64,000 nt of DNA from an uncultured Pseudomonadota bacterium (GTDB taxonomy: Bacteria > Pseudomonadota > Alphaproteobacteria > UBA9219). The stretch covers positions 7,913 to 71,912 of the forward strand of contig CAIXLI010000063.1 in the NCBI GenBank assembly GCA_903920205.1, in the 5' to 3' direction. Positions 1 through 9,911 of this stretch are shown piece after piece. The notes under the pieces were generated by a model, which did not search any database, was not told the origin of the DNA, and was given only the letters and a program-made list of their open reading frames with translations. The position numbers and the translations under genes were made by a program. The stretch's first letter is position 1. Each line of letters starts with the position of its first letter.

Positions 1-935
1 ATCGCTGTCATGTCGCGGGCGAAACGGCGGGCGCGGCGGACTTCTTGCTCGGCTTGATTTTGGAAATAGCCGCGATTGCTGATGCCAGTCAAAGAATCCG
101 TCGAAGCTTGGCGGAAAAGTTCGGCTTCCATTTCCTTGCGTTGGGAAATGTCGTTGAGCGCGACCAGCATGGACGGTGCGCCATTGTAGTCCAAAAGAAT
201 TGCCGCCATTTCTGCGATAAAAACGCGGCCCTCCGAGGTTCTCATGCGGACTTCGATGTCGCGGATGTCGGATACGCTATTAAAAAGATTGTCGAGATTG
301 TCTTTGTCCGCTTGATCGACGTAAAGATCGGAGGACTTCATACGCAGGAACTGCCCCGCGCTTTGTTGAAACAGCAAGCAGCTTTTGCGGTTGACGAATA
401 AAAGCTGGCCATCGGAGCGGCGGGAAATAAAAACAGGATAAGGCAGAATTTCCAAAACAGCGCGTAGTTTCTGTTCGTTCTTCAGCAAGCTGTATTCAAG
501 CTCGACCTGCTTTGTGATGTCGAAGGAGGTCAACATCATTGCCGGATCGCCTTGCCAATCGACGACGCGTAGCGTTACCGCGACCCATATTTCCTTGCCG
601 TCCTTACGTATGCCGCGCGAGCGCCCGATGGTGGATTTTTTTGCGCCGCGCATCATCTCGTCATATTCGACCTCAAGGCGCGGCCACACATCATCGGGAA
701 CAAGCCCGCGTAAAAGGGGCAGGCTTAATATTTCCTGAGCGTTGGCATAGCCGAACAATTCGGCAAAGGCGTTGTTGGCGTAGAGCGGTTTGAAGTTGCG
801 ATGAATGATGATGCCCTGTACGGCATCATCGACCAGAGAGTGAAAATCGGGCGCGGCCTCCGCTTCTTGTCTGCGGTCGGCACGCACCGGATTACGGCGA
901 CGCCCTCGTCGGGCGATATTAGGGTCTGTCATCAT
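1..935 (-). CDS. PAS/PAS-GGDEF diguanylate cyclase, N-terminal portion; 3' end lies beyond the window start
   Basis: Hand-translated minus strand from ATG at 935 (MMTDPNIARRGRRRNPVRADRRQEAEAAPDF...). Reading frame stays open to position 1 and ends in ...DSLTGISNRGYFQNQAEQEVRRARRFARDMTA, the typical onset of a GGDEF domain. It is absent from the ORF track because there is no stop inside the window. Confidence 0.55.
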   Translation of the reverse strand, partial: MMTDPNIARRGRRRNPVRADRRQEAEAAPDFHSLVDDAVQGIIIHRNFKPLYANNAFAELFGYANAQEILSLPLLRGLVPDDVWPRLEVEYDEMMRGAKKSTIGRSRGIRKDGKEIWVAVTLRVVDWQGDPAMMLTSFDITKQVELEYSLLKNEQKLRAVLEILPYPVFISRRSDGQLLFVNRKSCLLFQQSAGQFLRMKSSDLYVDQADKDNLDNLFNSVSDIRDIEVRMRTSEGRVFIAEMAAILLDYNGAPSMLVALNDISQRKEMEAELFRQASTDSLTGISNRGYFQNQAEQEVRRARRFARDMTA

Positions 936-948
936 AAACTGAACGTTG

Positions 949-970
949 ATGGTACAGTGCACTGTACCAT
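949..970. promoter_or_regulatory. 22-bp perfect palindrome ATGGTACAGTGCACTGTACCAT in the 90-bp gap upstream of the GGDEF gene; candidate dimeric transcription-factor operator
   Basis: Perfect dyad with no loop and no following T-run. It sits 14 bp upstream of the GGDEF start codon. Confidence 0.4.
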
Positions 971-1022
971 AAATTGGGGGCGAATAAAGAGAGGGAAAGT
1001 GGAAAACGTATAATACAGAGGG

Positions 1023-1697
1023 TTACCCTTCTTTGTCCCCCTCGCCGCTTTTTACGACCCGCAAGGAGGGACGCGTTTTCTTTTTGTTGGTTTCTGTGGG
1101 ACGCTCTTCATAGCGGGCTAGCGCCCGTTGATATAATATCCGCGCGACTTCTGGGGAACGGGTTAGAAGGCATATTTCCTGTGCGGTAAGCGCTAGATCG
1201 TCCGGGTTAGTGATAGGCAGTCCCGCAATGCCGTTTTCGGCCATCCATACGCCGTAATAAATCAAGCCAATGAGGCAAGAAAGATCATGAAACAAGGCCC
1301 CGATGCGTTTTGCCGTAGCGCGAAATTCGTCGCTTTGCCAGCCTTGTGTCATCGCCACGCGCGTTAGTGCATGAATAAAATCATTGCCGAAAACATCGCT
1401 ATTCGGCTGCGCAGGCGATGCCGATCCAAGCCACTTTTTCATGGCAATTTTATTTTCCAACAAAAGCTCTGCCTGGGGATCGAGCCGCATAGGCAGCCAA
1501 GAGACTTCCTCAAGGCTTTGTGTGATAACGCTTAAGCCGATGCGTTCGGCGCGGAGATAAGAGAATCCGTAAGAGTCGGGACTAAAGCCTTCAGGAAGTG
1601 GCTCTATGACAAGGAGTTTCTGACGGTCCTGCGAAAGTTTGTCTCGCGCCTCATCAAAATGTTTTTGTAAATCATCAAGAGTCCAAATCCCTACCAT
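1023..1697 (-). CDS. hypothetical protein (224 aa), no recognisable domain
   Basis: Clean ORF co-directional with the GGDEF gene. Its GC looks slightly below the local average. No motif recognised. Confidence 0.5.
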   Translation of the reverse strand: MVGIWTLDDLQKHFDEARDKLSQDRQKLLVIEPLPEGFSPDSYGFSYLRAERIGLSVITQSLEEVSWLPMRLDPQAELLLENKIAMKKWLGSASPAQPNSDVFGNDFIHALTRVAMTQGWQSDEFRATAKRIGALFHDLSCLIGLIYYGVWMAENGIAGLPITNPDDLALTAQEICLLTRSPEVARILYQRALARYEERPTETNKKKTRPSLRVVKSGEGDKEG

Positions 1698-1849
1698 TGT
1701 CCCTCTTTACACCCTCAGGGTTTCTTGTGGAACCCTGTCCTAAGAACAAATTTATGGAAGAATGATAAGGATTTTATTAATTAGCCCTTGAAAAAACCAC
1801 ACATTCAATATTTTCTCTTTCCATTGCTTTCAGAATAGATTTCCCTTAT

Positions 1850-3733
1850 TTGTCCGCCATGTTTTCTTATGATGTCATTGTTATCGGCGCGGGTCATGCG
1901 GGGTGCGAGGCGGCTGCGGCTGCGGCGCGTATTGGCGCTCGTACGCTATTGTTGACGCATAAAATCGAAACGATTGGCGATATGTCTTGTAATCCCGCCA
2001 TTGGCGGTTTGGGTAAGGGCCACCTTGTACGCGAGGTCGACGCGTTGGACGGCGTCATGGGGCGTGTAGCCGATGCGTCCGGAATCCAATTTCGTGTTCT
2101 TAATCGAAGCAAAGGCCCTGCAGTACGCGGCCCCCGCGCTCAAGCCGACCGCAAGTTGTACCGGCAGGCCATGCAGGAAGCCCTTTTCCAGCAGCCCAAT
2201 CTTGAAATTCGTGCCGATGCTGTTGAAGATCTAATCACCGATGGCTCCGGCGCTATAGCGGGCGTTATCACGGGGTTAGGAGAAGAAATACGCGCAGAAT
2301 CCGTTATTATAACCACCGGAACCTTTCTTCGCGGGTTGATGCATCAGGGAGAGATTCAAACGCCTGCGGGACGTATAGGCGAGCCGCCCGCTTGCGGGTT
2401 AAGTATTGCCTTGGAGCGCTTGGGCTTTCCCTTGGGGCGGCTGAAAACAGGGACTCCGGCGCGGCTTGACGGACGCTCAATTGATTGGAGCGGCATGGAA
2501 ATGCAGTCCGGAGACGACAAGCCGGAGCCTTTTTCTACCCTGACCGATGCTTTGCCTAATCGCCAGATCGCTTGCGGCATTACCCATACGACGCCGAAGA
2601 CTTTGGGAATTATCCGCGCCAACCTTCACCGCGCTCCTATGTATTCCGGTCAGATACAAGGCACGGGGCCGCGTTACTGCCCTTCGATTGAAGATAAAGT
2701 CGTGCGCTTTTCTGATAAAGACACGCATCAAATCTTTTTGGAGCCCGAAGGGCTGGACGACGACACAATTTATCCAAACGGTATTTCGACCTCGCTTCCT
2801 TGTGATGTGCAGGACGAATTCATACGTTCTATCAATGGTTTGTCTGGCGTCAAAATAATTCGCTACGGCTATGCCATTGAATATGACTACTGCGATCCGC
2901 GCGAATTAAGGGCGAGTTTGGAGACCAAGCGCGTCTCCGGCCTCTATTTCGCCGGACAAATCAACGGAACGACAGGCTATGAAGAAGCTGCCGCGCAAGG
3001 ACTGATGGCGGGGTTGAATGCGGCGCTTAAAGTCGGAGGCAAACCAGCTTTCACGCTCGACCGGTCTCAGGCCTATATCGGCGTTATGATTGACGATCTC
3101 ATTACGCGTGGCCTTAACGAGCCTTATCGCATGTTTACCTCTCGCGCTGAATATCGGTTGACTTTGCGGGCGGACAATGCCGACCAAAGACTGACGCGCC
3201 AAGGGATGGGGATCGGATGTGTTGGCGGCGAGCGGCAAAAGGCGTTTTGCGATAAAATGAAGTCTTTGGACTCGGCACGGGCTTTGATGGGCAGTTTGAA
3301 GGCTTCGCCCAACAAGCTTGCCTCTTTTGGTCTTAAAATCAATGCGGATGGGGTTGTGCGAACGGCGCTAGAGCTTATTTCCTATCCCGAGATAGATTTG
3401 AATAAATTGGTGGAAGTCTGGCCTGAACTAGCCGGCATAGGCCCCCAAACTGCAGAACAATTGGAAATTGACGGAAAATATGCGGGCTATATCGAAAGGC
3501 AGGACAGCGATATACGGGCTTTCCGTAAGGATGAGAGCCTAATTTTGCCGCGTGACCTCGATGTTGATGCGATTGGCAGCCTGTCGGCGGAAATCCGCCA
3601 GAAATTGCGTCAAATCAGGCCCGAGACATTAGGGGCTGCCTCGCGCATTCCGGGCATGACGCCCGCAGCTGTGGTCGCGCTTTTGCGCTATGTAAAGCGG
3701 GATAAAAAGGCTACAGAGAAGAACGTGGGCTGA
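1850..3733 (+). CDS. mnmG: tRNA uridine 5-carboxymethylaminomethyl modification enzyme MnmG (GidA)
   Basis: N-terminal FAD fold [16 protein letters not shown] and the conserved GidA core. 627 aa. Confidence 0.95.
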   Translation: MSAMFSYDVIVIGAGHAGCEAAAAAARIGARTLLLTHKIETIGDMSCNPAIGGLGKGHLVREVDALDGVMGRVADASGIQFRVLNRSKGPAVRGPRAQADRKLYRQAMQEALFQQPNLEIRADAVEDLITDGSGAIAGVITGLGEEIRAESVIITTGTFLRGLMHQGEIQTPAGRIGEPPACGLSIALERLGFPLGRLKTGTPARLDGRSIDWSGMEMQSGDDKPEPFSTLTDALPNRQIACGITHTTPKTLGIIRANLHRAPMYSGQIQGTGPRYCPSIEDKVVRFSDKDTHQIFLEPEGLDDDTIYPNGISTSLPCDVQDEFIRSINGLSGVKIIRYGYAIEYDYCDPRELRASLETKRVSGLYFAGQINGTTGYEEAAAQGLMAGLNAALKVGGKPAFTLDRSQAYIGVMIDDLITRGLNEPYRMFTSRAEYRLTLRADNADQRLTRQGMGIGCVGGERQKAFCDKMKSLDSARALMGSLKASPNKLASFGLKINADGVVRTALELISYPEIDLNKLVEVWPELAGIGPQTAEQLEIDGKYAGYIERQDSDIRAFRKDESLILPRDLDVDAIGSLSAEIRQKLRQIRPETLGAASRIPGMTPAAVVALLRYVKRDKKATEKNVG

Positions 3734-3764
3734 ATAACGCGCAGCGATAAAAACGGAAATCACC

Positions 3765-4400
3765 ATGAATCAAGAACAAAAAGCTTTTCTCGACGCATAC
3801 GCCGTTCCTCATGAAACTATCCACAGGCTAACGACCTATCAGGAAATGCTGACTTCTTGGAACGCGAAGTTCAATCTGGTGGCGGAAAGCACTTTGCCCC
3901 AGATCTGGACGCGCCATTTCCTCGATAGCGCCCAGTTGATGCCGTTTATTACCGAAACCGCGCTGACTTTAGCGGATATGGGCGCGGGTGCGGGCTTTCC
4001 GGGACTTGTGCTGGCGATCATGGCGCAAGACCTTAAACGTCCCTTGCATGTTTATTCCATTGAAAGCACAGGCAAGAAGGCGGATTTTCTTCAGGCCGTC
4101 GTCGATGAACTTAAATTGAACGTGACGGTGCGGCGGGAAAGAATTGAGGATATTAGGGATTTAAAAGCCGATATCATTACTGCCCGAGCCCTTAAAGCCT
4201 TGCCGGAGGGGCTGAAATACGCCAACTATTTGATGCATAAGGATACAATCTGCCTTTTCTTGAAAGGCAAAAACGCGACCGAAGAATTGACACAAGCGCA
4301 GAAATATTGGACATTCGGGCTCGAAATCCACCCGAGCTGTACCGACGATTCCGGAAAAATTCTGGTGCTTCGCAACCTTCGCTATAAGTCAAAACGTTAG
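3765..4400 (+). CDS. rsmG: 16S rRNA (guanine527-N7)-methyltransferase RsmG (GidB)
   Basis: GidB family motifs DMGAGAGFPGLVLAI. Lies directly downstream of mnmG as in the conserved operon. Confidence 0.9.
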   Translation: MNQEQKAFLDAYAVPHETIHRLTTYQEMLTSWNAKFNLVAESTLPQIWTRHFLDSAQLMPFITETALTLADMGAGAGFPGLVLAIMAQDLKRPLHVYSIESTGKKADFLQAVVDELKLNVTVRRERIEDIRDLKADIITARALKALPEGLKYANYLMHKDTICLFLKGKNATEELTQAQKYWTFGLEIHPSCTDDSGKILVLRNLRYKSKR

Positions 4401-4413
4401 GTTTTAGGCCGCA

Positions 4414-5232
4414 ATGACCACACAATGCCGCATTATATCAGTCGTCAATCAAAAGGGCGGCGTAGGGAAGACGACGACGGCGGTCAATCTGGCAACGGCC
4501 TTGGCTGCTGTCGGCAAGCGCGTTTTGGTGGTCGATGCTGACCCGCAGGGCAATGCTTCGACAGGATTCGGTCTTGTGCGGGCGGATCGCGGTGCGGGGT
4601 GTTATGAGCTGATGTTCGATGGATTGTCTGTTGAGGATGTGGCCGTCCCGACGCCCATTCCTAATCTTTCGATCATAACCTCCTCGGCGGATTTGGCGGG
4701 CGCAGAAATTCAACTGGTCACTATTGACCGCCGCGAATTTCGCATGAAAGACGCGCTGGATCGCAGCGCCAAAGATTACGACATTGTTTTTATCGATTGT
4801 CCGCCTTCCTTAAATCTTATCACGCTGAATGCGCTGATTGCTTCGCACGCGATTTTGATTCCGCTTCAGCCGGAATTTTATGCGCTTGAAGGCGTGTCTA
4901 GCTTGCTGCAAACGGTGGAAGCCATACGTGCGCGTTTTAATCCGGCCTTGGAAGTTCAAGGCGTGGTGCTGACGATGTACGACAAGCGCAACAGCCTATC
5001 GGATGCGGTGGCAAGCGATGTGCGCTCTTATTTTGGCGATAAGGTTTACGAAACTGTCATTCCGCGGAATGTGCGCGTGTCCGAAGCGCCTTCGCACGGC
5101 AAGCCCGTTTTGCTTTACGACCTGAAATGCAGCGGGTCTCGGGCCTATATGCAATTGGCGAGTGAAGTGCTGCGCCGCGAGTTCGGGTTTTTGGAGCGCG
5201 AGGAAGAAAAACGCGTAGCACTTGGCGAGTAG
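4414..5232 (+). CDS. parA: chromosome partitioning ATPase ParA (Soj)
   Basis: Deviant Walker A NQKGGVGKTTTAVNLA. 272 aa. Confidence 0.92.
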   Translation: MTTQCRIISVVNQKGGVGKTTTAVNLATALAAVGKRVLVVDADPQGNASTGFGLVRADRGAGCYELMFDGLSVEDVAVPTPIPNLSIITSSADLAGAEIQLVTIDRREFRMKDALDRSAKDYDIVFIDCPPSLNLITLNALIASHAILIPLQPEFYALEGVSSLLQTVEAIRARFNPALEVQGVVLTMYDKRNSLSDAVASDVRSYFGDKVYETVIPRNVRVSEAPSHGKPVLLYDLKCSGSRAYMQLASEVLRREFGFLEREEEKRVALGE

Positions 5233-5266
5233 AAACAATTTAGAATCATTCTAAAGAGGAATAACA

Positions 5267-6169
5267 ATGAACAGCGCAACACCAAAACCATCGCCGCTTG
5301 GACGCGGGCTCTCCGCTTTATTCGGCGACGCCGACGCTTCGTACCAACCGGCGGCGCGCATAGGTGAACCTGCCGCGGCGTCGAAAGCGGGCGGGATGCA
5401 GCGCATGTCGGTGGCTTGGCTGAAATCGGGCGTGTTCCAGCCGCGCCGTCACTTTAATGACGAAGCGTTGGGGGAATTGGCGGATTCGATCCGTGAGCGC
5501 GGCATTTTAGAACCTCTTTTGGTGCGCCCCTTGCCTGGCGAACGCGACAGTTATGAAATTATTGCAGGCGAACGCCGCTGGCGCGCCGCGCAAATCGCGG
5601 GATTGCACGAAGTTCCCGTGATGGTGCGCGAACTGACTGACCGCGAAGCGATGGAATTCGGCATCATCGAAAACGTGCAGCGCGAGGATCTGTCGCCGAT
5701 CGAAGAAGGCGAAGGGTATAAACGGCTGATCGAAGAGTTCGGGCATACGCAAGATGCGCTCGGCAAAATCGTCGGGAAGAGCCGTCCGCACATTACGAAT
5801 ATGCTGCGGCTTTTGTCTCTGCCGGAAGGCGTGCGAGACCTGATCGCGTCTGGCAAACTGACAACAGGCCATGCTCGCGCCTTGGTTCCGACTAAAAATC
5901 CGCTCGCGTTGGCGCAAGAGGTCGTTAAAAAAGGCTTGAATGTTCGCCAAACTGAAACGCTCGCCAAACGCGCTCAAGATAACCCCGAAATTCATAAAAG
6001 AAGGGGAGCGGATGAAGAAAACGCCGATGTTCTTGCTTTGGAAAAAGAACTGGAGCGCGTGATCGGTCTTAAAATAAAAATCGCCACCAAAGGCAAAGCG
6101 GGGACGTTAACCCTGCATTACACAAGCCTCGATCAGCTTGACGATATTATTAAGAAGCTGCGCGGCTAG
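5267..6169 (+). CDS. parB: chromosome partitioning protein ParB (Spo0J)
   Basis: ParB box GERRWRAA and a helix-turn-helix. Follows parA. Confidence 0.9.
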   Translation: MNSATPKPSPLGRGLSALFGDADASYQPAARIGEPAAASKAGGMQRMSVAWLKSGVFQPRRHFNDEALGELADSIRERGILEPLLVRPLPGERDSYEIIAGERRWRAAQIAGLHEVPVMVRELTDREAMEFGIIENVQREDLSPIEEGEGYKRLIEEFGHTQDALGKIVGKSRPHITNMLRLLSLPEGVRDLIASGKLTTGHARALVPTKNPLALAQEVVKKGLNVRQTETLAKRAQDNPEIHKRRGADEENADVLALEKELERVIGLKIKIATKGKAGTLTLHYTSLDQLDDIIKKLRG

Positions 6170-6993
6170 AGCGTTTCCCTTTTAACCATTCACCTCTTTA
6201 ACGGCAAAGAGGCATGAAAGTAATAGGGATTTCGGGCTTCTCCCCTATACTGTGCGGATATTGCGATAGCGCGCATTGAGAGAGAACGGATTTATTTGAA
6301 TGCCAAAATATGTTTCCATTAAAAGGGCGGTTCTTGCCTTCGGCGCAAGCGCGAAGGAAGCCTGCCGTCATCCGCGCTGTACAGTAGAAAAATACGGGAT
6401 CAACATTGCGAGCTTCGTATATATTCTTGGTAGCGGCGTTCAAGGCCATATTGGTCTTACGACAGACACGTGGAACGATATTGGGGCAGGAGTCCTAAAC
6501 GGTTCTGGTTGTACGGTTTCTTTGATGGCAGGGCACACATCGGCAGGCATTGCGATCTCTTTCCTAATGACTGTTCCTGCTGTTGTCCTTGCTCGATGGG
6601 AAGGGATGGAGGCTCATGATCTTGGCGCCTTTCTGTCGTTGCGGCCTGTGCCCTTGGGCAGGGACTGTTTGTTGTCAGCAAGCCCCTGATCGAAAAGTTT
6701 AAAGAATCGTCATATGCGGTTTTGCGTCAAACGCTTGGCAACCCGCGTCGATTGGCGGCCGCGACTATGATTTGCTGCGTGCAGCTTCCCTGTTTATTTG
6801 ATCGACTGGCACAGGGGAAACCCGAAGAGGCCTTCCCCTTCCTTGTATTTTCGGGAGCTCATGTTTTTTCCGCTTTTTCCAAGCCTGCGAATATGGACAT
6901 GCCTTCTCTTTCAGATAAGCCTGCGCGGCGAACCCACAAAATGAGGCTGCTTCCTTTAAAGGCGTATGGGTAGAAGGCTTTTAATGAGGCTTC

Positions 6994-8295
6994 TTGCGAA
7001 ACCAAGGGTTTTCGTGCAAAATCAGCACTCACATTTTACAAGCTTACGTGCGGTGGTTTATGAGCGGAAATAATCAAGGCGAGCCAGGCATACTTCTTCT
7101 GATGGTGATCGCGCTATTTGCGGGACTTGGCTGGTTGATCTGGCATGTCAGCCGAGAATTCTGGCTTGATTACGTTTTTCGCTGGCTGCGATTTGGCGAA
7201 TTATGGATCATCAATTTTTTTGCTCCTCACTATGATGCTTGCCTCGTCTGGCTGCGCGAAGCGCGGATTAACGATTCCTCGCCGTCGCCGCGTATTGTCG
7301 GGTTGACTAATGCTTGTTTCGGCACTGCGTATTTGAACCATGTTCCGCGTAACGAGATTCTTTCCTATTACCAGCTAGCGATGCCGCCGATTGCAGCGTT
7401 GGGCGCGGAGGCGATGAACTATTTTCGGTGGCCGATCTCTGCGGTTCTTTTCACGGCGGGGTCTTACGAATTGTTTTTTTCGCCGCATACCAAATTCATG
7501 ACCAAGCACACGCTTGAGAGTCTGATCTCGACGCAGGCGAAAATGTGGCCGATCATTTCGCCGATCGTGAAATTTAATCCGTCGAAAACGGGGCGCATTT
7601 TGGGAGATAAGGTTCCCGACAAACTACCCCTTTTCGCCGAAGCGTTATCGCCCGAGGAGTGGATCGCATGGAATCGCATTCCCCTTGCCAACGGCATTCC
7701 TGACCGCGATGCATCGCGGCGTGCTTTTATTCGTCAAATGGGGCCGCGTTGGAATGGTATTGGCTCTCTCCCTTTGCATATAAGGGCTGTTTTGGCGGCT
7801 TTCGCCCTTAAGGGGGCGCAGAAACGTGACGAAAGCGATAATCTTCTGGGGCGTCTGGCGTTATGCTGGTCGCCAGAAAAAGGCTTTCGTCCGGATTCCA
7901 CCCTGGTGTCGGAAATCGACAAAATCCTGCACGATCCCGATGTCGGCGGAAAAATAGTTCCTATTGCTGATCAACATGCGTGGCGCACGACAGCGGTGTT
8001 GGGCGTTTTGCTGTGGGCGCGATCGATGGGCGGCGTTTTGGCTCCGGCGCAATTTTTGTGGATCCGTGGGGAAGATCGCGCCTTGTGGTATCCCTTGAAC
8101 AATCTTGGTCGCCGCTCGTTCCACAGCGAAGGCGCGGGTGCCATGGCGCATTTTATGGCGGAACAAGCCGCCAAAAAGCCGCTTCCCATTCCCCGTGTGG
8201 ACACGGCGATTGTTACGCTCAACACCTATCTGCACGATCCTGATAAACGTCCCGTGCCGATTCCTCAGCGCGAAGAAACAAGCGCTCACGCCTAA
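6994..8295 (+). CDS. inner-membrane protein with N-terminal transmembrane helices and a large cytoplasmic domain; tentatively DotM/IcmP-like (TrbA-like) type IVB secretion component
   Basis: 433 aa (411 aa if the start is MSGNNQ at 7060). Hydrophobic helices near residues 30-50 and 60-80, no nucleotide-binding motif. Size and topology fit DotM/IcmP. The assignment leans on the unambiguous DotH/G/F-like genes elsewhere in the window. No motif-level confirmation was possible. Confidence 0.3.
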   Translation: MRNQGFSCKISTHILQAYVRWFMSGNNQGEPGILLLMVIALFAGLGWLIWHVSREFWLDYVFRWLRFGELWIINFFAPHYDACLVWLREARINDSSPSPRIVGLTNACFGTAYLNHVPRNEILSYYQLAMPPIAALGAEAMNYFRWPISAVLFTAGSYELFFSPHTKFMTKHTLESLISTQAKMWPIISPIVKFNPSKTGRILGDKVPDKLPLFAEALSPEEWIAWNRIPLANGIPDRDASRRAFIRQMGPRWNGIGSLPLHIRAVLAAFALKGAQKRDESDNLLGRLALCWSPEKGFRPDSTLVSEIDKILHDPDVGGKIVPIADQHAWRTTAVLGVLLWARSMGGVLAPAQFLWIRGEDRALWYPLNNLGRRSFHSEGAGAMAHFMAEQAAKKPLPIPRVDTAIVTLNTYLHDPDKRPVPIPQREETSAHA

Positions 8296-8322
8296 TCCGT
8301 TCACGCTTTGTAAGGATTCTCG

Positions 8323-8778
8323 ATGAAAAAAAAGACTGAAGCCAGACTTAAGGGCTCGATGCTGACTGTCGGATTTTATTCTGCAAAATCGCCTCTGATC
8401 TGGCGCTTCGATCTTGATCGCAATCACAGCTTTACGCTTTCCTTGCAAGGGGAAGAAGGCGATTGGGAGTTAGGCGTGGCAACGCCCAAGGGCGATTTTA
8501 TTTCTATCGCGCATTTCGACGAGCGCGAAGACGCCGAAGATGCTTTGGTCAAAGTTGAAAAGTCGCTGGCGAGCAAGTGGGGCGGAACGGCGCTCGTTCT
8601 TAAGGTTGTGGCTTTGGTGGCGCTTGTTGCGGTCGGCATTGTTCTGGCTGTGGGGCTCTATGGTTTCATCGTCTCGCAGCAGCCTTCCAGTTCTGCGGTC
8701 GGTAAAGCTGGGGCTCCTGCGCAAATGCGAGATGGGGTCCCTCTCTCTGCCGACGACGTTTTGCAACCCCCGCGGTAA
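8323..8778 (+). CDS. hypothetical protein with a C-terminal transmembrane helix (151 aa)
   Basis: ORF 28 bp downstream of the DotM-like gene. Carries the hydrophobic stretch LVLKVVALVALVAVGIVLAVGLYGF. Confidence 0.4.
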   Translation: MKKKTEARLKGSMLTVGFYSAKSPLIWRFDLDRNHSFTLSLQGEEGDWELGVATPKGDFISIAHFDEREDAEDALVKVEKSLASKWGGTALVLKVVALVALVAVGIVLAVGLYGFIVSQQPSSSAVGKAGAPAQMRDGVPLSADDVLQPPR

Positions 8779-8910
8779 TGGCCCCTTGTGTTACGAGAGA
8801 TGGCGGGCGGAAGTCTTTGGACTTCGCCCGTCTTTTTCTGCGTCCGAAGTCAGGCCATGAGGGGCATTGAACGGCATAATAATTAAAGTTAAGGGCGTTG
8901 CATCGGGCAA

Positions 8911-8940
8911 CAAAAAAGCCCGCAGCCGAAGCTGCGGGCT
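8911..8940 (-). terminator. rho-independent terminator of pal (stem AGCCCGCAGC/GCTGCGGGCT, then a T-run on the minus strand)
   Basis: Perfect 10-bp stem with a 4-nt loop, flanked by A6 on the plus strand, which is T6 on the minus strand. Confidence 0.7.
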
Positions 8941-8962
8941 TTCATGAGCTTAAACCTAATCG

Positions 8963-9448
8963 TTACTGAGCAACGACGGTCACAGCGCGGCGGTTCTGCG
9001 CCCAAGCTGCTTCGTTGCTTCCAACGACTGCGGGGCGTTCCTTGCCATAGCTGATGGTGTTGATGCGCGCGGCAGCAATGCCAGCGGCGACCAAGTAGTT
9101 CTTGGCAGCCGTTGCACGGCGTTCGCCCAGCGCAAGGTTGTATTCACGCGTGCCACGTTCGTCGGCATGACCTTCGAGCGTGATCTTCGCGGTGGCGTAC
9201 TTCTTCAGCCAGGTCGCTTGACGATCGAGCGTCGCTTGAGCTTCCTTGCTCAGATCGGACTTGTCGAAGCCGAAGAATACGCGGTCGCCAACGTTGACAA
9301 CCAGATCTTCTTGCGTGCCTGGACGAGCTGCGCCCTTGACGCCGCCGCCTGCGCCGTTCGCGCCGCCTTCACCTTCGTTAGAGCCGGTCGTGTCGCAAGC
9401 AGACACGAGGACGAGAGCCGCCATAAGGCACAAAAGCTTTTTAAACAT
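8963..9448 (-). CDS. pal: peptidoglycan-associated lipoprotein Pal (OmpA-family)
   Basis: Lipobox LVSAC, then LEGHADERGTREYNLALGERRA...NRRAV, a canonical Pal/OmpA C-terminal domain. Confidence 0.8.
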   Translation of the reverse strand: MFKKLLCLMAALVLVSACDTTGSNEGEGGANGAGGGVKGAARPGTQEDLVVNVGDRVFFGFDKSDLSKEAQATLDRQATWLKKYATAKITLEGHADERGTREYNLALGERRATAAKNYLVAAGIAAARINTISYGKERPAVVGSNEAAWAQNRRAVTVVAQ

Positions 9449-9844
9449 CGTTTTCCCCCTTCAGGAACCTCTGGCGGTGTGGCGATAACGCCTTTGCCGA
9501 GATGGATTAAGAATGAAGCCGCGCCCGACACCGAGGGGATCCCCGAAACCTTACGCGACACTGTGACTCTCCCCCTTGTCAAATTCGACAAGTCCACAAA
9601 GAAAACTCATCAAGCGCGACACGGGATTGAATTCGATAAAGAATAAAGTAGTCGGATGAGCCGAATGAATCAAGACTGAATACAAAAAAAAAGAAAGCGC
9701 AGCGCAACAAATAACGACAAGTGGCATGATTGCAACTATCAAAGGCTCAAAACCCTATGAATTATGGCGGAATTGTGGAGTTCTGCCTTCTTTTGAACAA
9801 AGCCAAACTTTGCTGTGCCGATAAGAAGCGTGTTCTCGTTTGTC

Positions 9845-9888
9845 GAAAAAAAACAAAAAAAGGACGCCAACTTTGCCAGCAGGCGTCC
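9845..9888 (-). terminator. rho-independent terminator downstream of the RHH-protein gene
   Basis: Stem GGACGCC/GGCGTCC with a 13-nt loop, followed on the minus strand by a T7-T8 run. Confidence 0.65.
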
Positions 9889-9911
9889 CTTCGATGGATT
9901 GTTTGAAATTG

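Noticed and set aside
45-401. First tracked ORF, 45-401 plus (118 aa).
   Set aside because: It lies antisense to a continuous minus-strand PAS-GGDEF reading frame that starts at 935 and runs off the window. Its translation has no recognisable features.
6460-6480. Possible parS site GACACGTGGAAC downstream of parB.
   Set aside because: Only the central CACGTG and one arm match TGTTTCACGTGAAACA. It is not palindromic and the call is too weak.
6300-6973. Short ORFs after parB (6300-6689 plus, 6722-6973 plus) as real genes.
   Set aside because: No start context, no motifs, mutually overlapping alternatives on both strands. Left as an unassigned region instead.
8963-9448. OmpA-family lipoprotein as DotK/IcmN of the putative T4BSS.
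   Set aside because: Its C-terminal domain matches the canonical Pal signature (HADERGTREYNLALGERRA...NRRAV) very closely and it has its own strong terminator. It was called Pal, and the DotK idea was kept only as a remote alternative.
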